From positions 28,954,001 to 29,018,000 of the forward strand of contig OZ024740.1 in the NCBI GenBank assembly GCA_964016885.1: a stretch of 64,000 bases of DNA. Direction: 5' to 3'. This DNA is from Eledone cirrhosa. Its lineage: Eukaryota. The translations under genes and the position numbers were made by a program. The notes beneath the pieces are model-generated. The model ran no database searches, was not told where the DNA came from, and saw only the letters and a list, made by a program, of their open reading frames with translations. How positions within the stretch are numbered: the stretch's first letter is position 1; each line of letters opens with the position of its first letter. Below are positions 26,292 through 38,920 of this stretch, piece after piece.

Positions 26292-27013
26292 TTGTTACAT
26301 AATAAGGTTATGTTTCCGAGGCAATCCAAATTGGATCGACATGGGAACGGATGAATTGCGTGTTTTGGGGTTTTTCATCCGCTCCCTTGTGAGTACCAAT
26401 TCACCCCCACCGGCCTGCGCAAGCGCATGTCCGAAGGACAGTCTATATTTTTACTCACCTCAATCCGAATTATCACCTGAAAAGAATTTTTTTAATTCTT
26501 TAATTTCTAATAGTTAATTTCTTAATTGTTTAATTTAATTTATAATTTCTGATATTTGATTTAGGATTTTAATTTTTATTTCCAACTCTCACTCTTAACT
26601 TCCAACGTAAAACCATGATACCTAGAATTAAGTTTATTTTCCCTTATAAGGTGATGGTCAGTCGTACCGTCAACGCTTAGTGAGGGGTAGTATTATGACC
26701 TGTAAAAACTAACACTCTCCCATCCCCTCTGGCTCTCGGCTGACTGCCACAGCCGTGATGGGTAGCAGTAAAATATGGTACAGGCATTGGTGGGCCATTG
26801 TTTTGGCTGAGAGGGTGAACTGACTAAGCGAATTTCTTTGAAATCTGCGGTGGCTAATGGTCAACTTCCTTCGGACATGCGCTTGCGCAGGCCGGTGGGG
26901 GTGAATTGGTACTCACAAGGGAGCGGATGAAAAACCCCAAAACACGCAATTCATCCGTTCCCATGTCGATCCAATTTGGATTGCCTCGGAAACATAACCT
27001 TCTAATGTAACAA

Positions 27014-27086
27014 GCTGCCTGATGATACACGACACTCGCACACAGAACAGTGTGGCCAGTGTCGTCACTGAAATATATATCACAGC
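27014..27086 (+). ncRNA. Hammerhead ribozyme (repeat copy 1)
   Basis: GCTGC-CTGATGA-long stem II-GAAA-TATATA-TC-ACAGC; one stem I mismatch. Confidence 0.75.
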
Positions 27087-28327
27087 ATTATTATTAAAGG
27101 ACTTGAACATCTGAAACTACTTCGCTTTTCCTTATTCGATATTTACTCCGTACTCTTATGTGGAAAAAGTACGTTGATGCTTGAATTGAATTGCATCAAT
27201 GTTTACCCTAATAATTTAGCTCCAATTAGTTGAGCGCTTTACGATGTAACTGATATGGTGGAGAAGAGAGTAACCAACCATAAGCTACCCCGGAAATTCC
27301 CTCTACCATGGGGATGGAAACCCCTTACACTGGACGGACATAATAGTAACTTTCGGCAGGATAAATACGCGGAAACAAATAATAGGATAAACCCCTATTT
27401 TCCTGCACCAAATCGCATGTGAACAGAAGCCCCCTCAATTCAATCTATACATGGACAGATGGACAATCATATGGATCATTTTGCATATATGTACTCTGTG
27501 TATTTGCATTTATTCACTATTGGGTCTGTTCTTTTCTTTTGTGTACTTTATGTCTGTTTTTCTTTGATTTTGTTCCATGTGATGGAAATTATGGCTGTGT
27601 ACCAGATTGACTAATGCCTGAATACTGTAGTTTGCCCTCAGTTATAATGTACGGCACTATCGTTCAATATGTGAATAGAGTAACTGTGACACTAGAATCC
27701 CTCTCAGAACTTCTTACTTAAACATCTCTCTCCATATTATTTACTCACTTCAGTCTATATTTTTACTCACCTCAATCCGAATTATCACCTGAAAAGAATT
27801 TTTTTTTAATTCTTTAATTTCTAATAGTTAATTTCTTAATTGTTTAATTTAATTTATAATTTCTGATATTTGATTTAGGATTTTAATTTTTATTTCCAAC
27901 TCTCACTCTTAACTTCCAACGTAAAACCATGATACCTAGAATTAAGTTTATTTTCCCTTATAAGGTGATGGTCAGTCGTACCGTCAACGCTTAGTGAGGG
28001 GTAGTATTATGACCTGTAAAAACTAACACTCTCCCATCCCCTCTGGCTCTCGGCTGACTGCCACAGCCGTGATGGGTAGCAGTAAAATATGGTACTGGCA
28101 TTGGTGGGCCATTGTTTTGGCTGAGAGGGTGAACTGACTACGCGAATTTCTTTGAAATCTGCGGTGGCTAATGGTCAACTTCCTTCGGACATGCGCTTGC
28201 ACAGGCCGGTGGGGGTGAATTGGTACTCACAAGGGAGCGGATGAAAAACCTCAAAACACGCAATTCATCCGTTCCCATGTCGATCCAATTTGGATTGCCT
28301 CGGAAACATAACCTTATTATGTAACAA

Positions 28328-28401
28328 ACTGTCTGATGATGACACGACACTCGCACACAGAACAGTGTGGCCAGTGTCGTCACTGAAATATATATCACAG
28401 C
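28328..28401 (+). ncRNA. Hammerhead ribozyme (repeat copy 2)
   Basis: CTGT-CTGATGA-long stem II-GAAA-TATATA-TC-ACAG. Confidence 0.8.
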
Positions 28402-29225
28402 ATTATTATTAAAGGATTTGAACATCTGAAACTACTTCGCTTTTCCTTATTCGATATTTACTCCGTCACTCCTATGTGGAAAAAGTACGTTGAGTGCTTG
28501 AATTGAATTGCATCAATGTTTACCCTAATATATCTATCTATATATATATATATATATATATGTAGCCTTGTTCCGAGTATTGAGGCCGCTGTTGCTGGCG
28601 GCCATATTGTTATTGTTAGCGTTGTTTGGTGGTGTGGGAGTTAGTGGTGGGGTTGATAATGTTATCACTGGTAATATTAACATAATTAGTATTATTGGAA
28701 TTGGTGTGTTGATAAAATAAACTACCAGTTATATACTGGTGTCGATATAATTGGCTTTCACCCCCAACCCTACCCCCGATATAGCTGTCCTTGCGTCGAA
28801 GTTAGAAATATCGGAATTGGTTGGAAAGAATATTGTTGTTGTCTGTATTGGTGGTGGTGGGGGTGGTTTTTGTGGTGATATTGTTGGTGTTGGTGATGCT
28901 GGAGAGGTTGGTGGTACGGTGTTGTTAGTGTTGTTGTTGGTGGTGTTGGTGTTTGAGGTTGCTGGTTGTGTTATTTTTATTAGTAGTAATAGCAGTGCTG
29001 ATGTTTTTATAGTATTGGTGATCGTGTTGATATTAATGATAGTTTTCTTAATAATATGGTCATGTTAATGATGTCGCTGATTGACTAACAATTAATCAAT
29101 TTTAAGCTGATGATCACACAGGTTTGTTAGAAGTGTTGGAGTTATTGGTGATGGTTGATATATTGGTGTTATTAGTAGTGGAATATTGTTTGCTGTGGTA
29201 GTAATCATATGGATTAGTGATTTCC

Positions 29226-29680
29226 AGTCACGCCACAGGTTGTTTTCAATGTACCAGCATTTTCCAACTATTTAAATATAGGCCTTAGATATATTTTAGC
29301 ATTTACATTTGTGTATAGTTACCTGTGTATAATTCCCACCATTTATTTTCTCTTTTTAATTACTAGATGTAATTATTCAAAGTTATATAATGGAAATGTA
29401 TGATTATAAATTCTTTGCTTAAATTTCCCTTCACTTATGACTAAGAAATCATTTTAGTTATATATAAGACTGCACTGTCTGCGGTGTCGTTAGATTTTGT
29501 CAATCTGATGTGTTCATTTCAAGTTAGTGTATCTAGTATCTCTAAACTGACATTATTTTTCTTTGGTTAATTCGTATGCAACTTTGTATTTCCTCTACTA
29601 TTACATCATCTTATGTTTGCCCTGTTTGCAATTAAGACAAGTTTTATTTAAAGACCTATTCTGGTAAACGTGACGTGACA
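29226..29680 (+). mobile_element. Possible decayed solo LTR
   Basis: Inverted ends AGTCACGCCAC...GTGACGTGACA and TATATAAG near 29460; no clean TSD. Confidence 0.35.
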
Positions 29681-29833
29681 TTATGTCACAGTTTCTGCTG
29701 AGTAAGCATATATTTACATATTAATTTTATACTTTCCTGCGGCGCATAAAGCTATGTTCTGGAACAATGGAAATAATGGCTCGTTCCGTCTATCATTCTT
29801 CAGTTTAGATTAATAATTTACTTGTGTTGAGAA

Positions 29834-29866
<33 letters not shown>

Positions 29867-29897
29867 CTAGCTGAGGTACCCAGCTTCGCCAAGGTTA
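29867..29897 (-). mobile_element. Helitron-like 3' terminus
   Basis: Minus strand degenerate hairpin CCTTGGC-GAA-GCTGGG followed by CTAG abutting (TA)n. Confidence 0.45.
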
Positions 29898-30012
29898 ACA
29901 AATGATAAGAGAAGACCGACAGAAGAGAAAACGTCTGTATTGAATGCATTGTCTTGTTTACAGTGTGTGTGTATTGTGTGTGTATGTGTGTATGTTTGTG
30001 TGTGTTTGTGTA

Positions 30013-30067
<55 letters not shown>

Positions 30068-30229
30068 GTGTGTGTATGTGTGTATGTATATATATATATA
30101 TATGTGTGTGTTCGTGTGTGTGTGTAAACCACCGTTGGAATCGGAGACATTGACCGCGAAACACGATGATCACTGACAATGAACTCGCAGAGAGAATCCC
30201 TTATGGCTGATTCCCAACCTGCTAGATAT

Positions 30230-33200
30230 AGTTGTCAGGTTGGTTAGCATACGTGGTATGTGTTTCTTCCTCTTTGGTGTTATAAAATTAGTATCAATAA
30301 ACTTTCCTGGATATACTCTTATCCCAATCCTGTACATACTTTCCGATTGTCATTTTCCGTTTTTTTCGTGTGATACGCGAATGAACCAATCAACAAACAT
30401 CTCGGGAAACGAAGTTGCTGATGGCTGTATTCTATCATAAATTGAATGTTTGCGTTAAGTCCTTTTGGAAGTGCTTGAAATTCTTTAAGTCTCTATACTT
30501 TCCTACCAAAGGATGAAACAATCATTCAAATATCTCGTCCAGTTATATTCTATGTGCAGGTAGGAGTTTCCGTATTTTTCTTGTACTTTTCGGTAGAGGG
30601 TGATTTCTAGGTGCCCTATGACTAGGTTAGCATAAGAGGGCACCGTTTTCGTGCCCATGGCAGTCCCAGATTTCTGTCTGTAGAATTTGTCATTAAACAC
30701 GAAGTAGTTATGTTCCAAGATAAATTTGAGCCTTTCTATTACGAATTCTTTTATGATGTGGTGTGGGAGTTCATTGGAGTAATTTTCTAGTCAGAATTAG
30801 ATTGCTTCTATTCCTATGTTGTGGGGGATATTTGAATATAGATTGATTAGATCAATAGACACTAGTAGGGTGTGTTAATTTTTAACTGTTTTGGGGGAGG
30901 TGGGTGAGCATATCAAGGTCATCCCTTATGTAGCTTTTTATGTGTTTAAGGAATGGTTTTAATAGAGTATCCAGGAAGTTGCTGTGGCTGTGGGTTTCGC
31001 AAGTGGAGCCTGCTATTATAGGTCTTAATTTGATGTCATTAGGTAAAGGAACATTGATGAATATGTCTATGGCTTCCTTGTATGCCTTACTTACTTTTTC
31101 ACTTTTGTGTATCTTAGAATACGGTAAAAAGGGCTGGATTTACTTTTGAAATCAGTGATATAGTTGTATTCCGTATCGGTAAGTCATTCTCTGTATAGGT
31201 TTATCAGAGTTTTTAGGTTTCTCGTTATTTTCTGCTGACTGTAATGTTCGACCTTTTTCGTAGTATGCTTCGTCTTCTAAAATGGAGAGCACTAGGGTTC
31301 TGTAATATTCCGTTTCCATTAGGACTACCACACTCCCTTTATCGGCCTCTTTGATTGTGATACTTTTATCGTCCTTTAATCTGGCCAAGTCATCCTATTC
31401 TTTCTTGCTGAAGTTTGGCCTACGTTTTTGTCTGTGTAGGTGTTGATATGAGTAAGTTGTGATGTGTTCACAGAATTGGTCCAGAATTATATTCTTACCT
31501 TTTGATGGGGTGTAGTTACTTCTATTTCTAGCTAGTGATTCGTCCTCATTGTACTGGTCGTGTAGTTACTCGCTGAGTCGTAATTTTCTACAGAATTATG
31601 CAATGTCTTCTTTGATTTCGGAGTAGTTTGGACGTTGGGGGGTCGGTATGTATTGGAGCCCTTTGGAGAGTATGTTGATTTGGTCAGATATTAGTTCTTT
31701 GATAGTTAAATTGATGACTTTTATTACTTTTAATCTCTCCTGTACGTCTTGTGTCATCTCGTATCCCTGTGTCTATGTACTGGGTCTAAAAAATAATTAA
31801 GGCAGTTGGGTCGGTTGCTGATGGTTAGTCGTCTCCCGAGGTTGTGTTGTTCCCTGTTATTGTTATTTATGATTCTGTTTCATGGTTGTGGGTTGATTAG
31901 AGCATCCCTATATTTCATGTACGGTTGTGAGTCCCTATATTTCATGCTCGGTTGTGGTGTTTTAGGGGCCCTACGTTGGTGATTATATCGTATGGTATGG
32001 GATAGTTGCGTATGGAAGTTGAGAGGATTGTAAGAATGAAAATTTCCTAGGTATCTCCTTATGGGAGGGAAGTTGTAATGTCCATCCTGGGGGGTAATGA
32101 TTTCATATTACTTTATTTGTTGCGTTGTTGGATTAAGAAGTAAGGGTTAGGTTTTGTCTTCTTTCTTGTTAGGGGAGGAGGTCGTGTTTTTTTTTGTTGT
32201 TTTTTTTGTTGTTGAACAGTGTCTGAGTGGTGTTTAGGTTTTCTTGTTTTTATGAACGGGTTGTTGGAAAAGTATTCTGTTTGAAAGATTCTTCCATGGT
32301 TTAAAAACCAAGTGGTGCCTTTTCCCCATGGCTGGAGGGAGTTCAGTTCCTCCTGGTTGCAATCCTCTATCCATAGTTTAGAGATCTTTTCTAGGCTGGG
32401 GCCTTGAGTCTTTTTGTTAATTTCTTGGTTGATTTCTTCATCGAAGGATTTGATTTTATCCTCATTTGTCTGAGCCCTCGATTTTAGAAGTTCAATTTCA
32501 ATTTTCCTTTTTTCCAGTGCCATTGTTTCCCTAAGTCGATTTGTGTCTCGGTTTCATCTGGAAGGGGTTTTATCTGTAGTTTGCAGGGAAGAATTAATGG
32601 TGTCGAATTGAGCCATTTCTCGTATACTTCCGCTTTGTTGTTTTGGATCATTTTCCAAAAAGAGAATTGTCTGTCTCTGAGTGATTTCTTCTATCGTGGT
32701 ACTATTCGGTTCATTTTGTTTATTGTTAGTGCATCAACCCCACATGGTTCCTCGTTCGCTTCTCCTAGGCTTGTGTTATTCGTAAAAAATGTTTTTATTG
32801 TTTCACATAGGTTTTCAAGTTTTTCGCCGATTTCGGAGGGTTTTATTTATGCTGTCGGTTTCCTCATTGTTCTCTTGGTGGTTGACTTGTCGAGTCAAGT
32901 TAGTTGAACAGTGCTAACATTGTATGTTGATTTTCCTCAGTTCCTTCAGTATCTCTGCATTTATGTTAATGGTCTTGTGTTTGTTTTTGTCGGCATTTTC
33001 TGTATCTCGTGTGGGGGATATGTTATTTAGAATGTTGAGAAGTGACACACGAGTTAGTATATATTAGGAAAATGAGAAAAAAGTAGAAAATGCTAACAGG
33101 ATTTTCTCATAGATTAACAGCAAAACATTTTTTATAACGTAATTTATAGTACCGGTTTCAGCCGATAAATATTTCGACTTCTTCATGCTACAGGAATTAT

Positions 33201-33270
33201 GATAAAAAGTATATAGTAAAATTAAGGTATATATTAATTAGACGAGGATATTAGAAAACATAGTTTACAC
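30230..33270 (-). pseudogene. Decayed Penelope-like element: 5' pLTR, N-terminal region and RT
   Basis: ITIKEADKGSVVV, NYFVFNDKFYRQKSGTAMGTK..PSYANL, WTRYLNDCF; many stops and frameshifts. Confidence 0.88.
33143..33191 (-). ncRNA. Degenerate hammerhead in the PLE 5' pLTR
   Basis: Minus strand TAG-CATGAAGA-AGTCGA..TCGGCT-GAAA-CCGG-TA-CTA; core imperfect. Confidence 0.5.
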
Positions 33271-33519
33271 GTGTATATAAAAATTCACATTTTCGTTTAT
33301 CCCCCCCCCCCCCTCTCTCTCTCCCTTGGCGGTTTGGTGGTAGTAGCAGCTAAAATAGAAGTTGGTGTGCGTGTATATATGAATGTATTTAAGACTGTAT
33401 ATATGAATAAATATATGTGTCTGTATGCAAATGTGCTTGCGTCTTTATATTTGTTTGTGTCGGCGGGCACACGTGCGTATATATGTGCAAGTATATATGA
33501 TTGTGTTTGTATATGTATG

Positions 33520-34100
33520 TGTACATGTGTATGTATACATGTGTGTATGTGTACATGTGTGTGTATGTGTACTAGTATGTACATGTGTGTATGTGTGCAT
33601 GTGTACTAGTATGTACATGTGTGTATATGTACATGTGTATATGTGTAGATGTATGTATATGTACATGTGTGTATGTGTACATGTGTGTATGTGTACATGT
33701 GTGTATATGTACATGTGTGTATATGTACATGTATGTATGTGTACATGTGTGTATATGTACATGTGTGTATATGTAGATGTATGTATATGTGTAGATGTGT
33801 GTATATGTACATGTGTGTATATGTACATGTGTGTATATGTACATGTGTGTATGTGTACATGTCTGTATATGTGTACTACTATGTATATGTATATGTAGAT
33901 GTATGTGTGTAGATGTATGTATACGTACATGTGTGTATATGTACATGTGTGCATATATGTACATGTATATATATGTACATGTGTGTATATGTACATGTGT
34001 GTATGTGTACATGTGTGTATATGTGTACTACTATGTACATGCATATGTAGATGTATGTATGTGTATGTGTGTATATGTATATGTAGATGTATGTATGTAT
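33520..34100. repeat. 16-bp minisatellite (GTACATGTGTGTATAT)n
   Basis: Tandem periodicity. Confidence 0.9.
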
Positions 34101-34214
34101 GTGTATATGTTTGTGTGTGTTGTAATTTCATGTCTATTAGATCTCGCAAAAGCTGACATTTTTGACCTAAATAAACGGCATGTTCAATATCGATTTTTGT
34201 CCCCTACTGACATC

Positions 34215-34371
34215 TCATCCCTACCCCTCTTCTCCCTCCTCTCCTCACTCCTCTCTCTCTCTCTCTCTCTCTCTTTCTTTCTCTCTCTCCCCTCCTCCAT
34301 ACCCCTCTCCTCTGTCTCTTTACTTCTCGCTCCTCTCCTCTCTCTCTTTACTTCTCTCTCCTCTCCTCACT

Positions 34372-34414
<43 letters not shown>

Positions 34415-34755
34415 CTCTCTCTCGCTCTCTCTCTCTCCTCCTTCTCCCTACCCCTCTCTTTACTTCTCTCTCTCTTTACTTCTCTCTCCTCTCCTCACTC
34501 CTCTCTCTCTCTCTTTCTTTCTCTCTCTCCTCTCCTCCCTCCTCTCTGTCAATTTATTTCTCTCTCCTCCTCTCCTCTCTCTTTTCCCCCTCACTCCCCC
34601 TCTCTCTCTCAATTTATTTCTGAATCCCCCCTCTCTCTCCTCCTCTCCTCTCATACTCCTCCATTTCCTCTCTCTCTCTTCTCCTCTCTTCCCTCCCTCT
34701 CTCTCTCCTCCTATCCTCTCTCCTCTACTACCCCCTACCCCTCTCTCTTTCTCTG
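34215..34755. repeat. (CT)n polypyrimidine tract
   Basis: Low complexity. Confidence 0.95.
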
Positions 34756-34799
34756 TTTTACAGGTGATGGCGGGGACGGTACGATGGTCGCTGCAGTGA

Positions 34800-35945
34800 T
34801 GGTGGTTGTGGTTGTTGTTGTTGTTGTTGTGGTTGTTGTTATTGTTGTTGATGCTGGAGGTAGAAATTGTCAGAGTTGTTATTGTTGTTTGTGTTGGTGG
34901 TAGTGCTAGTGGTGGTAGTGGTAGTGGTGGCAGTGCTAGTGGTGTTAGTGCTAGTGGTGGTAGTGGTAGTGGTGGTAGTGGTTGTGGTGGTAGTGGTAGT
35001 GGTAGTGGTGGTAGTGGTAGTGCTAGTGGTGGTAGTGGTAGTGGTGGCAGTGCTAGTGGTGTTAGTGCTAGTGGTGGTAGTGGTGGTAGTGGTAGTGGTT
35101 GTGGTGGTAGTGGTAGTGGTAGTGGTGGTAGTGGTAGTGGTAGTGGTGGTAGTGGTAGTGGTAGTGGTGGTAGCGGTAGTGCTAGTGGTGGTAGTTATAG
35201 TGGTAGTCGTAGTGCTAGTGGTGGTGGTGGTAGTGCTAGTATTGGTAGTGGTAGTGCTAGTGGTGGTAGTTGTAGTGTTAGTGGTGGTAGTGGTAGTGGT
35301 AGTGGTGGTAGTGGTAGTGGTAGTGGTGGTAGTGGTAGTGGTGGTAGTGGTAGTGCTAGTGGTGGTAGTGTTAGTGGTAGTGCTAGTGGTGGTAGTGCTA
35401 GTGCTAGTGGAGGTAGAGTTAGTGCTAGTGGTGGTAGTGGTAGTGCTAGTGGTGGTAGTGGTAGTGGTGGTAGTGGTAGTGTTATTGGTAGTGGTAGTGG
35501 TAGTTGCGGTAGTGGTAGTGGTAATGTTTGTAGAGGTAGTGCTAGTGGTGGTAGTGGTAGTGGTAGTGGTAGTGGTGGCAGTGGTAGTTGCGGTAGTGGT
35601 AGTGGTAATGTTTGTAGAGGTAGTGCTAGTGGTGGTAGTGGTAGTGGTAGTGGTAGTGGTGGCAGTGGTAGTGCTAGGGGAGGTAGAGGTAGTGCTAGTG
35701 GTGGTAGTGGAGGTAGTGATAGTGGTGGTAGTGGTAGTGCTAGGGGAGGTAGAGGTAGTGCTAGTGGTGGTAGTGGAGGTAGTGATAGTGGTGGTAGTGG
35801 TAGTGCTAGGGGAGGTAGAGGTAGTGCTAGTGGTGGTAGTGGAGGTAGTGATAGTGGTGGTAGTGGTAGTGCTAGGGGAGGTAGAGGTAGTGCTAGTGGT
35901 GGTAGTGGAGGTAGTGATAGTGGTGGTAGTGGTGTTGTTAGTGGT
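34800..35945. repeat. (GGT/AGT)n tract with four 66-bp higher-order units at ~35670-35930
   Basis: GTGCTAGGGGAGGTAGAGG recurs every 66 bp. Confidence 0.9.
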
Positions 35946-36266
35946 CTACCTTGGTGACGTTATTGAGTCAGAATGAACATATGCCAGAAGACAAAATGCT
36001 CTCTGTAGTTAAACACACTGTTCTTGCACGGCCATTCTTATGTTCAGCCACTTCTTCACACACACACACACATTCACACTCACACTCTCACCACAAACCT
36101 ACACACATATCACATCCGTACATACATCACACACATATACACACAAATATATGTGTGTATAGATTCATATATATATATATGTGTGTGTGTGTATATATAT
36201 ATATAAGTTATCCCGGTTTGAATCTCAGGTAACCACAGTAAGGTACTCAATACATAACAGAGTATA

Positions 36267-36380
36267 AATATTTAATATAGAAAGGCTTCTACAGGGCTAG
36301 AACTGTTTCATTCGGTAGAAACCATCATTCTACCGAATGAAATAGTTCTAGTCCTGTAGAAGCCTTTCTATATTAAATAT
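36267..36380. repeat. Near-perfect ~50-bp-stem palindrome, probable fold-back pLTR remnant
   Basis: ATATTTAATATAGAAAGGCTTCTACAGG...CCTGTAGAAGCCTTTCTATATTAAATAT between (TA)n tracts. Confidence 0.8.
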
Positions 36381-36823
36381 ATATATATATTTGGAAATAA
36401 CACGTGACAGTGAAACACTGAGGGCTGCCAACGGTAGCAGTTCGGCGTTACATTCCACAGCGGCTTGGGGCATAAACGAAATTTCCTGTTGATGACGTGA
36501 ATCCACTGCTCGATCATGGAATACCACAGGCTTACATATTACGTAAGATGGATGGATGATTTCCGATTCATAGAAACCTATCGGACGTATTGAAAAATAT
36601 CGTTCGATATGCCCAGGTCAGTTGTCTAACCTGCTTAATTGCTTCGTTGTTTTTGGTATTGTGTGGCTAGGTCTACCTGCCGCAATTTTCAATTTATCAA
36701 GGTGCCTATACGTATGTTATTACTCTAAGGCCTGCAACCTTATTGAGTGTTTTGCTGCTCATTCCTAATTGTAGGTCGTTAGCTTGGCCACAGCCAAAGC
36801 TTCGATTTTACTAAGCTTCCACT

Positions 36824-36890
<67 letters not shown>

Positions 36891-36892
<2 letters not shown>

Positions 36893-37467
36893 CTTTCTTT
36901 TTATTTGCCACCAGGGCATCAAAAGTGGGACAAGTACAAAGGGGGGACTTTACATGCAAAGGCGTCCTCAATATGGAGGGGGCAATAACAGGATATAAAA
37001 GTATAAAAATAAAATAAAATATAACAAAATAAATTTTGTAACAAAATCCTCAATAGGGAGGAGGCGCCTTGGGGGGTCGCACACACCCCCGAAAAAAGTG
37101 TTGAACCCTTCTCCTCAGGAGCACAGAGAGGGGGTGCTCCCTTGGTCTTTCATCTTCCTCACCTATAGTTTGATGTAGAGTGAAGGCCCATTCACACGGG
37201 CCATTCTCGCCACTTTCACCCATCTTTCATAAAAACGGCTGGGGTGCAGCACCTCTCTCTCCATCCTGATCCTTCTTCCGAAATGATATCGGAAGAAACG
37301 GACCAGTTGTTGGCCAGAGAGAAAGGTGTCTGACCTCAGTCCTTTCAGACGCGTCCACCATACAACCTCTTTCTCCATGGTTATTACGCACAGAAACACT
37401 GCCTCTCCTTCGTTTTTGAAGAGGGGAGGCGGCTTGATCGTTACAATAGACTCGGTGGTCAACCGGA
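36891..37467 (-). mobile_element. 5'-truncated Tx1 LINE 3' end with (TATC)n tail
   Basis: ORF2 C-terminus ..WWTRLKGL..FYERWVKVARMARVNGPSLYIKL; near-identical to 52208-52783. Confidence 0.92.
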
Positions 37468-37469
37468 GA

Positions 37470-37885
37470 TAGATAAATATACACGGGTGTGTCTGATTGT
37501 GTATAGAAGATTATATTAATAAGAGGAATTCCAACTTTGTCTGATTTACTCGTTTTATTTACAATCCTTTAAAATCTATAATGATATTATAATGAAATAG
37601 TATGCTAGAATATTAAATGTTAAGTGTTAATTGAACAAGCAGTTTCATGCTTTCGCAATCTTCAGGTTCATAATGTGTGGTGACAGTCAAATTTGCAATT
37701 TTCAACTATTGAAAATTGCAAATATTATGCAAACATTATGAACCTGAAGATTGCGAAAGCATGAAAGTACTTGTTAACATTTAATATTCTAGCATACTAT
37801 TTCTTTATAATACCATTATAAATTTTAAAGAATTGTAAATAAAACGAGTAAATCAGACAAAGTTGGAATTCCTCTTATTAATATA
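37470..37885. mobile_element. Fold-back mini-element of the Neptune-like pLTR with two inverted HHRs (37632-37670 minus, mutated; 37739-37775 plus)
   Basis: Matches 24190-24428 followed by its inverted copy. Confidence 0.88.
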
Positions 37886-37950
37886 GATATATATATATAT
37901 ATAATTTTTTATCTGTATTATTATTTACTTTTACTATATTTATCTTTCCT

Positions 37951-38020
<70 letters not shown>

Positions 38021-38256
38021 TATTTCTATCTTTCTACCTTTCCATCCTTTCATCTACATCACAACCTCATACGACAAGCAAATTCACCGTCTCCACAACA
38101 CCATCATCATAATCATCATCACCATTGTCATCATCATCATTGTCATCATCACCATTGTTATCATCATTCCCTTCACAATCATATATTCCTCATCAACTGT
38201 CATCCCCATCCCCATCATCTTCCTCCCCTCATGCTCTTCCTCCCATTCCTTCTCCT

Positions 38257-38322
<66 letters not shown>

Positions 38323-38332
38323 GAATGCTATG

Positions 38333-38662
38333 CTCTCTTCCCGGCATTTTGTTGAAAGATGGGTGAGAGAAGCAAGTATGGCCCGAATGAATGGGCCTTC
38401 TCTGAGTATGTGTCTGTAAATTAAAGGTGGAAAACTGGGAGAGGGCACTTGCCCTGGTGGTCAGGGCCACTGTGGTCTTTTAATGGGCTTTCTCCACAAA
38501 TGTCCCTTGGAAGTCTCCCCCCTATTGGGGAATTTTTCTTTGTTATTTTATTTCAACCTCTGTTTTTTTTACACGCAGAAATGCCCATTTGTACCGTCCT
38601 GTATTGTCCTGTACTGTCCTTAATGTCTACTTTATGTGAACCCTTGTGGTTAATAAAGAAAA

Positions 38663-38663
<1 letters not shown>
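38333..38663 (+). mobile_element. Tx1 3'-end fragment with (TTA)n tail
   Basis: Homologous to 44304-44630; flanked on both sides by (TTA)nTTGAATGCTATG. Confidence 0.9.
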
Positions 38664-38717
<54 letters not shown>

Positions 38718-38920
38718 GAATGCTATGGTTTACGGAGGCTCGGCTCTGTAAGGTATTGTAAATTTTGACCGCTATAACAATTGTAAATTGTTTAAAACTT
38801 TAACCAACTTGTAGACAAAAACACCCTCCTCCTCTTTCTGCCCGTTATTTGGCCCTTCGGGGTTAAATAACTGCTTATTGGGGTTTTGTGCCCAATATTT
38901 ATTTTAAACAAAAAAACAAC

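Larger units (their letters stand above)
26165..28530 (+). mobile_element. Non-coding HHR element: inverted partial repeat (26165-26438), ~775-bp direct repeats (26439-27213, 27751-28530) and ~535-bp spacer
   Basis: Near-identical repeats starting CAGTCTATATTTTTACTCACC and ending GTTTACCCTAATA; (TA)n on both flanks; no RT ORF. Confidence 0.85.

Noticed and set aside
34740-34800. Host exon after CTGTTTTACAG
   Set aside because: The acceptor-like context arises from the (CT)n tract; no recognisable peptide or partner exon, though it cannot be excluded without RNA data
36391-36825. Unique-looking segment between (TA)n tracts (also 51425-51890)
   Set aside because: Probably TE fragments, but no motif, ORF or internal homolog could be identified; left unassigned
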